Below, piece after piece: positions 1 to 8,115 of a stretch of 47,488 bases of DNA (its first letter is position 1; each line of letters starts with the position of its first letter). Source of the DNA: a virus; IMG/VR virus record IMGVR_UViG_3300012948_000002, positions 1 to 47,488 of that record; one strand, written 5' to 3'. The notes beneath the pieces are model-generated. The model worked only from the letters and a program-made list of their open reading frames with translations. It had not been told where the DNA came from and ran no database searches. A program made the translations under genes and the position numbers.

Positions 1-123
1 AGGTACTCCATCTTTCCTTTCGACAGAACCAGTGGTCGGAATATTAGGGTCTTGGGGATTGAGGAGTTGGTTGATGGGGAAGAACTCTCCGCTTGGGATG
101 TAGACATCGGTGTACGCTCTCAA
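1..123. repeat. Terminal direct repeat, copy 1 (identical to 47366..47488)
   Basis: Bases 1-123 (aggtactccatctttcc...gtacgctctcaa) recur base for base at 47366-47488. This is the signature of a circular assembly or terminal redundancy. Unique length is 47,365 bp. Confidence 0.95.
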
Positions 124-1650
124 TGTGGGCGCAGCTGGCCCATTCTGCTTGGGGTAAAAGAACCTGTACCGCCGAACGTTCGATGTTAGATTAGTGTCAG
201 CAAACTCGAAGCCCCAATGCCGGTCCTCCGGGACGATAACCACGCCATACGGGAAGGAGTTCCCTCGGTCTACGCTCACGAGTAGCTCGTACGGAGGCTC
301 CCCACCGTGGCGGGGCAGGTCGCTCGATATGACCATGCGCTCGAGGGTCCCATTGCCCATCCCATTCTGGGCGTAGTACATGTCCGGCGTGTCGAAGAAC
401 ATGTCCATCCCCCCATTTTGGGGATCGTCGTACCAATCGCCAGTCACTCGCTCATCGATCATGAAGAAGTCGTTCCCCGCCCCCGCGAACAGCAGCGGGT
501 ACATCATCGGGAAGCCCGTCGCGTCGAAGCCCCGCGTGCCCGTCGGGCCCATCTGGATGCTCTCCATCAGGGCGTACAGGCTCGTGAACACATCACGAGT
601 CCACGAGTTGCGATAGTAGTCATAGATCAGGACAATATGATTCTCTGTGCCCCGCTCGGGTATGACGAGCCAATACTCCTTGAAGCCTCGAAATGCGGCG
701 GCGAAGGGTATGTGCAGCGCGTCTGTCGCGGTGTATGGGTCGAATAGCTGGCGCACATACTGATGAATGGGAGAGCCAATGGGATCCAAGTTGGCGCCAT
801 CCCACGCATATATGTTGAAATCGTTGCCCACGAATATGTGGAACTGGCCCAACGAGACCAACGACCAGGGCAGAAGGCACCCAATGCCGAAGACTCGATT
901 CTCGGGCAGGAAGGCGTTCAGAGCGTCGCCCGTCGCGTTCAGATCCGTAATCGATGAGTTGCGATAGATTACCAGACGATCGTTCAGAACCTTCCCACCA
1001 GTGATGGGCTCCACTGCTCCATCATACAGCTCGAGCTGGCCCCCGTGGATGATGCCCTGGGCGTCCTCACCTTGCTGCCAGTCGTTGTAGTTGGCCGCGC
1101 GGGACCACTGGATCCAATTCGAGTGGCCCAAGACGTTCCCGTGGCCTACGAGGTTCATTGCGACCAGGTGATTCTTGAAGTACTCAACGAACATGGCGTT
1201 GGGGGCCGTGAGCTGCTCCAGGGTTATGAGTGTCCCGTCGAAGTCAACTGCGACGATCTCGCTCGCCCTACAAACGAAAAGCTTCTCTTCGCCCTGTGTC
1301 CAGCTGTAGCGGGAGCCAAAGGCCGTCGTCATTGGCAGGGACTGCGTTGTGCCGAATGAATTGCTCCCAGCATCAAACAGAGAGATTTGGTTTGCGGCGC
1401 CTTTCTTCTCGAGCGTCCAATAATCCCTCGTGCCGTCTTCGCGGGTGTGGATCGCGAAGTCGATTATGTTCACATCGCTCGCCATGGTCTGCAGCGCCTT
1501 CGACCGGCCGGGCGTCCGGACCACACGCCCGAAGCGAAAGCGCACGTTTTGGCACCAGGGCGTGTACTCGGGACCGATCGAGTCGGCGGCCGCACTGGTC
1601 CACAGGCCCTTCGATGGTACACCGTAGCGAGTGAAGACTTGTTGGGCCAT
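1..1650 (-). CDS. Tail structural protein (nozzle / tail-tubular-B-like); wrap-around gene that ends at 47303, 570 aa in total
   Basis: Manual translation from ATG 1650 (MAQQVFTRYGVPSKGLW...) finds no stop in this frame down to base 1. The codon phase (1650-123=1527=3x509) joins the 47303..47488 ORF through the repeat. The ORF track omits it only because it has no in-window stop. The other two minus frames here are broken by stops. Repeated YAWDG / IYDYYRNSW-type beta motifs, and it lies after the adaptor-like gene. Confidence 0.75.
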   Translation of the reverse strand, partial: MAQQVFTRYGVPSKGLWTSAAADSIGPEYTPWCQNVRFRFGRVVRTPGRSKALQTMASDVNIIDFAIHTREDGTRDYWTLEKKGAANQISLFDAGSNSFGTTQSLPMTTAFGSRYSWTQGEEKLFVCRASEIVAVDFDGTLITLEQLTAPNAMFVEYFKNHLVAMNLVGHGNVLGHSNWIQWSRAANYNDWQQGEDAQGIIHGGQLELYDGAVEPITGGKVLNDRLVIYRNSSITDLNATGDALNAFLPENRVFGIGCLLPWSLVSLGQFHIFVGNDFNIYAWDGANLDPIGSPIHQYVRQLFDPYTATDALHIPFAAAFRGFKEYWLVIPERGTENHIVLIYDYYRNSWTRDVFTSLYALMESIQMGPTGTRGFDATGFPMMYPLLFAGAGNDFFMIDERVTGDWYDDPQNGGMDMFFDTPDMYYAQNGMGNGTLERMVISSDLPRHGGEPPYELLVSVDRGNSFPYGVVIVPEDRHWGFEFADTNLTSNVRRYRFFYPKQNGPAAPTLRAYTDVYIPSGEFFPINQLLNPQDPNIPTTGSVERKDGVP

Positions 1651-1663
1651 TACGGCCGGACCA

Positions 1664-1704
1664 CCCCATCAGCGAGCAGCCGGACCACCCCGCCCCACCC
1701 CGCC
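1664..1704 (-). repeat. G-rich leader element (GGGGTGGTCCGGC x2, three tight G4 runs plus a fourth) upstream of the tail gene start
   Basis: The plus strand shows gccggaccacccc at both 1655-1667 and 1679-1691, followed by gccccaccccgcc. The sense (minus) strand reads GGCGGGGTGGGGCGGGGTGGTCCGGC...GGGGTGGTCCGGCcgtaATG. Confidence 0.6.
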
Positions 1705-1719
1705 TCGGATCTGCTTGCT

Positions 1720-1737
1720 GCTTCAGTCATTTGAAGC
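1720..1737. repeat. Palindromic element GCTTCA-gtcatt-TGAAGC (family member F)
   Basis: Perfect 6-bp arms with a 6-nt spacer. It overlaps the stop codon of the 1727..2347 gene. Confidence 0.7.
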
Positions 1738-2347
1738 GGATGCCAATGGTTGACTCATAGTTATCCTCTTCAAGGGTCAAGAGGTCTTGCCTCGATAGCA
1801 TGTCCGCATCGACCATCTGCCGGTGCCCCGCCGATTCCTCGTACCGTTGGAGTGCGCTGAGTCCCTTCGCGACCGTCAGGGTCACAAGCAACTCATGCCA
1901 CTCCCTCTCTAGCGGGACAATCATGCCCTCCGCTAGCTTGGGGAGGCGCTTCCTGTACCTGATGCGGTACTCAATGTCCTGGTTAGGGATAGGATCCAAC
2001 TCGATCTGATCTTGGAACCGCGCGTAGCGCGTAGGTATCCCAGTCGCCCGATACGTGCGGTCAATGACCTGCCAGTGGATCTGGTCTAGCTTGCGCCATA
2101 CGTCACGCATCGACAGGATGAACCAGAAGTCTGCAGGGACGGTAATCTTCGACGTACCCGACGTGACCGTTGGTTGGTACAGTGCGTCTAGCTCACGGAA
2201 GCTAGCCTTCGGAGCTTGCGTCAACTCCGTGAATGCGTCCATCGCCCACTGGTCCACCCGATCCGTCAGGTCCTGGCGGTTCCCCAGTCGCTGAATGATT
2301 TCCGCCTTCAGGTCGTCGTACAGCTGCGGATTCACCACTGGGTTCAT
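1727..2347 (-). CDS. Virion structural protein, head-tail adaptor / tail-tubular-A-like (putative)
   Basis: 206-aa ORF immediately upstream of the 570-aa tail gene at the end of the fibre cluster. The size and position fit a podovirus adaptor. No motif-level proof. Confidence 0.5.
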   Translation of the reverse strand: MNPVVNPQLYDDLKAEIIQRLGNRQDLTDRVDQWAMDAFTELTQAPKASFRELDALYQPTVTSGTSKITVPADFWFILSMRDVWRKLDQIHWQVIDRTYRATGIPTRYARFQDQIELDPIPNQDIEYRIRYRKRLPKLAEGMIVPLEREWHELLVTLTVAKGLSALQRYEESAGHRQMVDADMLSRQDLLTLEEDNYESTIGIRFK

Positions 2348-2474
2348 TGATGAACTCCCTCAGGGCCAGGATGGCCCCCTCGAGCTGGAAGCACTCGCGC
2401 TGCGTTTGGGCCAGCAAGTTGCGACGTTCCGCGAGCCTATCTTCTAGCATCTTGCATCGTTCCTCGATTGTCAT
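2202..2474 (-). CDS. Small coiled-coil protein (MTIEERCKMLEDRLAERRNLLAQ...)
   Basis: ATG 2474 overlaps the upstream stop (ATGA). The helical heptad-like core is about 45 aa. The last ~48 codons run out of frame over the next gene, whose start is at 2347. Confidence 0.5.
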   Translation of the reverse strand: MTIEERCKMLEDRLAERRNLLAQTQRECFQLEGAILALREFINEPSGESAAVRRPEGGNHSATGEPPGPDGSGGPVGDGRIHGVDASSEG

Positions 2475-3688
2475 GCCATCTCCATTATCGCGATCCAACT
2501 AGAGTCGGCCTGGTTTAGGCCAGCAGTCGGTTGGCCCGTCATGCCCACAGTCATTTGAACCAAGTGCGGGCCCGTTGCTTGGCCCGAAGACACGTACCCA
2601 TGCGTGACACAGAATGGGACCGTCCCGTTAGGCGTCTGCGAGCCTGGCACCCCTGTCGTTCCCACGACTTGCCACGACACCGTCGTGCCACCAATGGTGC
2701 CCGCAGTACCACCCACGCGAATCACCGAAGTTATGCCGCATGGCAAAGTCGGGGCCTGCATGTACCTCCCATGCACGCCCGCCAGAATCAAGAACGAGCC
2801 GCCCCTACTCGACCACTGCAGCTCCTGCATGATCTGCTCGTTCGTGTTGAGCGTAAGCTGGTTCAAGTTGTAGGCCGAGTTCCTGTTGAAGACTCCCTTG
2901 CCTACACGAATAACTGGGTTTGGATACAAGCCATCGAGGTCCCCGGTAGCAGGCCCGTTTGGTGGGAACGCGGCAGGGACGCTAGTTATCTTACTCCAGT
3001 TCACATCGCTGATCTTCGCGTTGTTTATCTTGAGAGCCCCAACCGTCGGGTTCGGATACGTGCCCGCCAGATCTCCCCCTGCAGGTCCTGATGGGGGGAA
3101 GCTCGAGGGTATCACGGGCTTGTTGGTGATTTGGTTGTAATCCACCCCGGGGTTTGGATACGTTCCCGTCAGCGCCCCACCCGCCGCATCGCCCACGTGC
3201 ACGAGGCCCGGTATACCCGTGAGCTTAGCCCACCCCACACTGCTGACGTTCTCATCGAGGATGGTATTGAGAGCAATCTTCGCCCCAGTCACCTTGCGGC
3301 CAGCTATGAGCGGCGCCGGATAGCTCCCTGTAAGATCACCGCCGGCTGGTACATCCCCCGTGGGGAGGCCCGTCCCAAGATATTGGCCCGTGGATACCGC
3401 GGGTACCCATTGCCGGGAGTTTCCATCATCGTAGTAAACGAACAGGTTCCCATCGGTGTCGCGCCACCACAGATCACCAACATTTGGGTTGAGTGGAGGC
3501 GTGGGATCGATCACAACGCGCTGTTGGCCAAGCACATAGTTCCACGCGTCGTACAGCTGGTCGAAGTCCGCGTCTACCTCGCTCGCCCAAATATCGGTGA
3601 AGCCCTTATTATATTCCTCGTCAAACGTACGCACATTGCCACGCTTGACAGCGCGCGAGAGAATGATCGTGCTCTGAGGTGCTGGCAT
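2471..3688 (-). CDS. Tail fibre protein with four GGDLxGxYPNP repeat modules
   Basis: 405 aa. The N-terminal fibre-anchor motif is GDLWWRDTDGNLFVYYDDGNSRQWVP. Repeats are GGDLTGSYPAP, GGALTGTYPNP, GGDLAGTYPNP and TGDLDGLYPNP. Confidence 0.8.
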   Translation of the reverse strand: MPAPQSTIILSRAVKRGNVRTFDEEYNKGFTDIWASEVDADFDQLYDAWNYVLGQQRVVIDPTPPLNPNVGDLWWRDTDGNLFVYYDDGNSRQWVPAVSTGQYLGTGLPTGDVPAGGDLTGSYPAPLIAGRKVTGAKIALNTILDENVSSVGWAKLTGIPGLVHVGDAAGGALTGTYPNPGVDYNQITNKPVIPSSFPPSGPAGGDLAGTYPNPTVGALKINNAKISDVNWSKITSVPAAFPPNGPATGDLDGLYPNPVIRVGKGVFNRNSAYNLNQLTLNTNEQIMQELQWSSRGGSFLILAGVHGRYMQAPTLPCGITSVIRVGGTAGTIGGTTVSWQVVGTTGVPGSQTPNGTVPFCVTHGYVSSGQATGPHLVQMTVGMTGQPTAGLNQADSSWIAIMEMA

Positions 3689-4069
3689 TTATACTCCTAA
3701 AGTTGGACCAAGTGGGGGCTCCGGCTGTGGATCGAGCGGATTGTCGCTTAGGTTGCGCCCAGAACAATCGGCATCTCCCGGATCGTACCACCGGCCCTCA
3801 TAGAAGCGACCCTCATACCACCGCGTTCCCGACACTTCCCCTTGGCATGTAACAGGCTGATCCGGCGCGCGGCGCCTATTCGCCTCTGCCTCGCTGGGTA
3901 GCATCATATCAGCGAGGTTATCAACGTGGGTCTTCTGATCGTCACAGTATTGGCAGACGAGCCTATTCGACCGATAGTGACGCGTAGCCGTGCTTAGCGG
4001 ATAATCGAACCCGCAGATCCAGCACTCGTACCACTGCTCATGCGCGACTGGGAAAACTGGGAGGCTCAC
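3689..4069 (-). CDS. Cys-rich (zinc-ribbon-like) protein within the fibre cluster
   Basis: 126 aa with CWICGF...CQYC. It is 4-nt coupled to the neighbouring genes. It could be a fibre assembly factor, but that is inference only. Confidence 0.5.
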   Translation of the reverse strand: MSLPVFPVAHEQWYECWICGFDYPLSTATRHYRSNRLVCQYCDDQKTHVDNLADMMLPSEAEANRRRAPDQPVTCQGEVSGTRWYEGRFYEGRWYDPGDADCSGRNLSDNPLDPQPEPPLGPTLGV

Positions 4070-5994
4070 TGTGGCCTAAGCTCCTTGATCGCGTTGACCA
4101 GTGCTACCAAGATCGGGTGCATATCGAACACGAGCACGTCGTCCGTCTCTTCGTCGTCTGTCGGGTTTAGCTTCATCCTAGTTGACGACACGCACTCAGG
4201 GAAGATCCCGCGAACCTTCGACGCATCGAATCCATAGTGAAGAGGCCCGTCAGACTGCGCCTTTAGTCGATACGAGATTGGTTCGAGCGCACAAATCTCC
4301 GCGAGTCCTTTCTCGTAGGATGCGACATCAGTCTTGAGCCGCGGATCGCTAGGATTCGCCCACGTCGTCCCGCTAGCCTTCTGGCCCACAACGCCTGAGA
4401 TGACGAAGTTCCCAGATTGATCCAGGTACATGTAGTTCGATTCCGACGTGGAACCTGCTGGTGTATTGTAGAACCAGATTTGAGAAGCCCGCGTGGCAGC
4501 GCTCCAGTTCTCCGCCGCCTTGAACGCCATGTACGCCTGCTCACTGAAGTTTTGCCCGGCAGTATGGCAGCCAAATCCGGCTATTCTAACTAGCTCCGAA
4601 CCGCTGGTCGTTGGGGTTGGAGAGCTACCGGTGCCCGCACAGCTGAACCCTCGAAAGTTCCCGCTATTATTCGATCCACCACCTCTTGAGTCGATAAAGG
4701 AACCCTGACCATCAATTCCTTGATGCTGTACCTGATTGCTACGAACCGTCAACACCTGTGCATAGACACTACTGGCTGCCGGATAGCGACCCACGATTAA
4801 GTTGTCCGACGCCGCCGGCGATTGTACCGCGAGGAACCAACCAGGTACTGTAGAGTCGTCTAGCGTGTTCGTCTTCACATTCACATTCGACGCGATAGCC
4901 GTCCAATTCCCAACCCCAGTACCCGTGTTGTCCGTCTGCACGCGGCCCCTCGTCGAGCCCTGCGTGCCGAGTACGATCGAGCCCGCCGCGCTAGTAGCGG
5001 GCATACCTTTGACGATCAAGTTCCCGTTCGAGTCGAGGCCAAGATAGTTGGTCCACGTGATCGGGGACGCCCCAGCCGCTCCGTGGTAAACGTTGAATGA
5101 GTCGTTCGCAGCGGTCGCATCGGACCGCATCGCGACGGACCACGCGGACTTGGTAGCATCATCGAAGGTCCAGCTTGCATCGGCCGCTGCAATGGAGCCG
5201 TTAGAGACAAACTCCATCCAATCAGTATTCACATGCGAAACGAGTCGGCCTTTGACTGTGCGGCCACCCCACTGGATGGAGTTGCCACCAAGCGGCATAA
5301 CGAGCACCTTCCCACCGACTGTATCGGAGGGGGTAATGATGTTACCCGTTTGGATTGTCTTCCACGGTGTATCGGAGACGCGAACCCAGTTGCGCTGGTT
5401 CGCAACTGTCCCGCACGCCATCAGCGATATAGATTCGTTCACTGCAAGCGTGATGAATGCATTCACGCCATCGATCGTGTCCGCCCCCGCGGGCATGATC
5501 GTCGCCGTGTTCGCGGGAGTCGAGTCGACTCGAGTGAGACGGAAGACCTTGCCCGATAGGTTCGTGTTAAATGCTGGAAGCGTCGCCTGCACATTGCCGA
5601 AGAAGCAATCGATTAGGGTGTCTTGGTTCGCCGTAGTCAGGGTGACGTTGGTAGTATACTTGGTCTGCGTGCCCAAGGAACCATCTGACCCCCCAACCGC
5701 TGGCAACGCCACCCAGCTAAGCGCAGGCCCCGCAGTGACCTCAAGCACCTTGCCCACGTCCCCCGCAACCGGTACGGGCGAAAGCCAACAGTCCGCATTG
5801 ACCTCAGTTCGGTTCACCGCGTTGGGCGCGATGCTAGGGTTCGGGTATGAACCCGTCAGGTCTCCACCCGCTGTGGTGCCCGGTTGGATGGTCGAGATAT
5901 TCCACACTGCACCATCCCACGAGTACAGCGCTCCGTTCGTACCGGTCCACTGCTGTCCAACAGTCGGATTGTTTGGGAAGTCGAGAGCCGCCAT
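4066..5994 (-). CDS. Tail fibre / tailspike with C-terminal intramolecular chaperone (peptidase S74-type) domain
   Basis: 642 aa. The N-terminus carries GQQWTGTNGALYSWDGAVWN and GGDLTGSYPNP. The C-terminus carries NPSDPRLKTDVASYEKGLAEICALEPISYRLK...GFDASKV...FPECV, the S-D-x-R-x-K autoproteolytic chaperone signature. Confidence 0.8.
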   Translation of the reverse strand: MAALDFPNNPTVGQQWTGTNGALYSWDGAVWNISTIQPGTTAGGDLTGSYPNPSIAPNAVNRTEVNADCWLSPVPVAGDVGKVLEVTAGPALSWVALPAVGGSDGSLGTQTKYTTNVTLTTANQDTLIDCFFGNVQATLPAFNTNLSGKVFRLTRVDSTPANTATIMPAGADTIDGVNAFITLAVNESISLMACGTVANQRNWVRVSDTPWKTIQTGNIITPSDTVGGKVLVMPLGGNSIQWGGRTVKGRLVSHVNTDWMEFVSNGSIAAADASWTFDDATKSAWSVAMRSDATAANDSFNVYHGAAGASPITWTNYLGLDSNGNLIVKGMPATSAAGSIVLGTQGSTRGRVQTDNTGTGVGNWTAIASNVNVKTNTLDDSTVPGWFLAVQSPAASDNLIVGRYPAASSVYAQVLTVRSNQVQHQGIDGQGSFIDSRGGGSNNSGNFRGFSCAGTGSSPTPTTSGSELVRIAGFGCHTAGQNFSEQAYMAFKAAENWSAATRASQIWFYNTPAGSTSESNYMYLDQSGNFVISGVVGQKASGTTWANPSDPRLKTDVASYEKGLAEICALEPISYRLKAQSDGPLHYGFDASKVRGIFPECVSSTRMKLNPTDDEETDDVLVFDMHPILVALVNAIKELRPQ

Positions 5995-6269
5995 TATGAC
6001 CCTCTAACAGGAACCCACTGCTGGGAGTTCCCATCGTCATAGTATATGAACATGTTACCCGTATCGCTCCTCCACCACAGCTGGCCCACGATCGGCGAGC
6101 CCGGCGCTGTAAGCCCGATGGACACGCTGGGGCCTACCCTGTACCAGTTGGTTCCGTCCGAGCCATACAGAGTCTTTTCTGTAGTGTTCCAATACACGTC
6201 GCCTGCCGACCCCACCGCTGGGGCGGTCGCATACGGCGCCGCGTTCGTGATCCCAAAGCTCCGAGGCAT
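5994..6269 (-). CDS. Short fibre-anchor-only protein
   Basis: 91 aa made of two anchor motifs, GDVYWNTTEKTLYGSDGTNWY and GQLWWRSDTGNMFIYYDDGNSQQWVP, with no distal domain. It is ATGA-coupled on both sides. Confidence 0.6.
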   Translation of the reverse strand: MPRSFGITNAAPYATAPAVGSAGDVYWNTTEKTLYGSDGTNWYRVGPSVSIGLTAPGSPIVGQLWWRSDTGNMFIYYDDGNSQQWVPVRGS

Positions 6270-7504
6270 TATCCAAACACCACGACGCGGTAGCCCGCGC
6301 CCAAGTTGGGGTTATAGCGGATGGTCGCTGTGTTCACGGTCGCCGCGTCCCAATCGACCTGCACCGCGGTGTAGGGCGTCGCGCCATTGTAGACGGAGAC
6401 ATGGATGTCTCGCGTGTTCAGGTTGTGGGTCACAGTCTCCGGCGACGCAGTGCCCGTGAGTGCGGCGGCGTACCGATGCACGACGTTCGAGCCCGTGTCG
6501 ACGTATGCCCTCGTCGCGATGATGCTGGTGTCAACTGCGACGGTATCCGCCGCAACGAGGATACCCGAACCAGCGCCCACGTCGAACGTGTTGCCGGTCA
6601 GCGTGAGGCCCGCGCCACCAATATAGCTCGTCGAAGCGCCAAACTGGACCCACGTGAGTGGGGTCGTGCCAATCGTGATGGGCGCATTCGTCGTGCAGAC
6701 CCACGCAGTATCGGCTTGCGTCGTGCCCTCGTTCACAAAGACCGCAGCATTCACGAGATCGCCCGAGGGCGGTGCGGCGTCCGCCGTGCGTGTCCAAGCG
6801 CCCGATGCTGCAGCGTAGATTCCGTTCTCTGATGCCGTGGTTTGGTTCTTCAGGAGGACGCGGTCACCCGCTGCGACTGTCACACCATCGACGGCAATCA
6901 AGCCTCCAGTCGCCACGACGATGTTCGCGGTTGACCCGACTCGTACGGAGTCCTTCCAGCTTAGGCCATTGATCGCGCCATCGACGTAACCCTTGTTAGC
7001 GGAGTCGCCCGCATTGACTGGCGTCGCCAGACCCGTGAACTTGAAGCCGTTCATCACGATGTCTTGGATCGGGAACGCGAACGTCGAAAGCGGGATTGAC
7101 GTGTGGTCAGCAGCCACGTGCGTCGGCGTGCCGTGTGTGTGGTCTGAGTGCGGGACGGTGACAGCGGTACCGTCGCTCTTGGCTTGGCCGAAGGTTAGCT
7201 GTGCTGTAGAAGCACCAAAACCCGGCATTCCGTGCTTGTGGTCTTCACGGGCATAGTTCGTGCCCGTGCCAACAACTGGGGCGTCGCCAATGGCTTGCGT
7301 CGTGACGGTGGCGGCTGGGATGGCGCCTGCTGCAGCCTTGGCGGCAATCCACTGTGTCCCGTCGTACCAGTACAGTGTATTATCGACAGTGCTGAAGTAC
7401 ATCAGGCCCTTGACTGGCGACGCTGGCGCCGAGCCAAGGTTCTGCATCACCGCGTTACGCAGCTCGTTCTTGACGATATCTAGCGGGCCGTAGATAGTAG
7501 GCAT
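6269..7504 (-). CDS. Tail fibre protein
   Basis: 411 aa. The N-terminus reads ...QNLGSAPASPVKGLMYFSTVDNTLYWYDGTQWI. The central part reads KNQTTASENGIY...WTRTADA...TAWV...IGTTPLTWVQF. The C-terminus is a THNL-type beta domain. Confidence 0.8.
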   Translation of the reverse strand: MPTIYGPLDIVKNELRNAVMQNLGSAPASPVKGLMYFSTVDNTLYWYDGTQWIAAKAAAGAIPAATVTTQAIGDAPVVGTGTNYAREDHKHGMPGFGASTAQLTFGQAKSDGTAVTVPHSDHTHGTPTHVAADHTSIPLSTFAFPIQDIVMNGFKFTGLATPVNAGDSANKGYVDGAINGLSWKDSVRVGSTANIVVATGGLIAVDGVTVAAGDRVLLKNQTTASENGIYAAASGAWTRTADAAPPSGDLVNAAVFVNEGTTQADTAWVCTTNAPITIGTTPLTWVQFGASTSYIGGAGLTLTGNTFDVGAGSGILVAADTVAVDTSIIATRAYVDTGSNVVHRYAAALTGTASPETVTHNLNTRDIHVSVYNGATPYTAVQVDWDAATVNTATIRYNPNLGAGYRVVVFG

Positions 7505-7505
7505 A

Positions 7506-7961
7506 TTAGCTCAGATAAGCCTCGCCGCCCACCGCGGCCGAAAAGGTCAACTGCACGCTAATGTCGCTTGTGTAATCAATGGTCCCGGGAATCACCTCTC
7601 GACCCGTCGAGTCCACCGCGGTAACATTGGGCCGGAATGGCAAGTTGTGAGTGATCGTCCACGTCGCCGCAGCCGACGCCTGTACGAACCGGTAGGCTCC
7701 CGTCGCAGCTGGTCCCGGTGGCCCCATTGGCCCCGCTGGGCCTCGTGGTCCCGGTGGTCCCGGTGGACCTTGGGCACCACCAGTCACGCCTCCAATGATC
7801 GAGTCGGGGTGAATTTGGCCCATCCGCTTGCCGCTCATCACGTCCTGCAAGGAGTCGATCAGGTGACGGGACCACTGGATGAGTGCGTCCGAAGTCGTCA
7901 GACGCGGCAAGCTGACTATGACGGGCTTAGCCACAACGCTCTCCCCACCGCTCGGCATCAC
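7506..7961 (-). CDS. Collagen-like fibre protein
   Basis: 151 aa with 8 uninterrupted G-X-Y triplets (GAQGPPGPPGPRGPAGPMGPPGPA). These are followed by a THNL-type C-terminal domain (WTITHNLPFRPNVTAVD...) paralogous to the C-terminus of 6269..7504. The exact start is uncertain, because the first 35 nt overlap the upstream gene. Confidence 0.75.
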   Translation of the reverse strand: MMPSGGESVVAKPVIVSLPRLTTSDALIQWSRHLIDSLQDVMSGKRMGQIHPDSIIGGVTGGAQGPPGPPGPRGPAGPMGPPGPAATGAYRFVQASAAATWTITHNLPFRPNVTAVDSTGREVIPGTIDYTSDISVQLTFSAAVGGEAYLS

Positions 7962-8115
7962 ACCAACGGCCTAGATAGTCGTCCTGGGCGAACTCAGCTG
8001 CACTGAGTGCTTCGAACAGGTCGATTGCCCGCGCGAAGCACCCAGGCAGCTTGGGGAAGCTGACGACCCAGACTTCCCCATCGTGCTCGATCTCTATTCG
8101 GTAGCGAGCGTCCAT
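7927..8115 (-). CDS. HicB-like (UPF0150 fold) small protein, orphan
   Basis: 62 aa: MDARYRIEIEHDGEVWVVSFPKLPGCFARAIDLFEAL... This matches the Y-x-I/V...D..G.(W/Y).(A/V)..P.LPGC...(D/T)..EAL pattern of HicB N-terminal domains. ATG 8115 overlaps the upstream stop (TAATG). Confidence 0.6.
   Translation of the reverse strand: MDARYRIEIEHDGEVWVVSFPKLPGCFARAIDLFEALSAAEFAQDDYLGRWCDAERWGERCG

Noticed and set aside
1-123. Terminal repeats as attL/attR of an integrated prophage
   Set aside because: A tail gene and the GNAT start codon read continuously through the junction. There are no host-like flanking genes and no integrase or excisionase.
5093-6007. 304-aa ORF on the plus strand
   Set aside because: It is antisense to the well-supported 642-aa tail fibre gene. 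The Ser/Val/Pro/Ala-rich, low-information translation is typical of a shadow frame in GC-rich DNA. It has no RBS and does not fit the operon.
2471-7504. Diversity-generating retroelement targeting the fibre genes
   Set aside because: No reverse transcriptase ORF (no YxDD motif) and no template/variable repeat pair was seen. The repeats present are protein-module paralogies.
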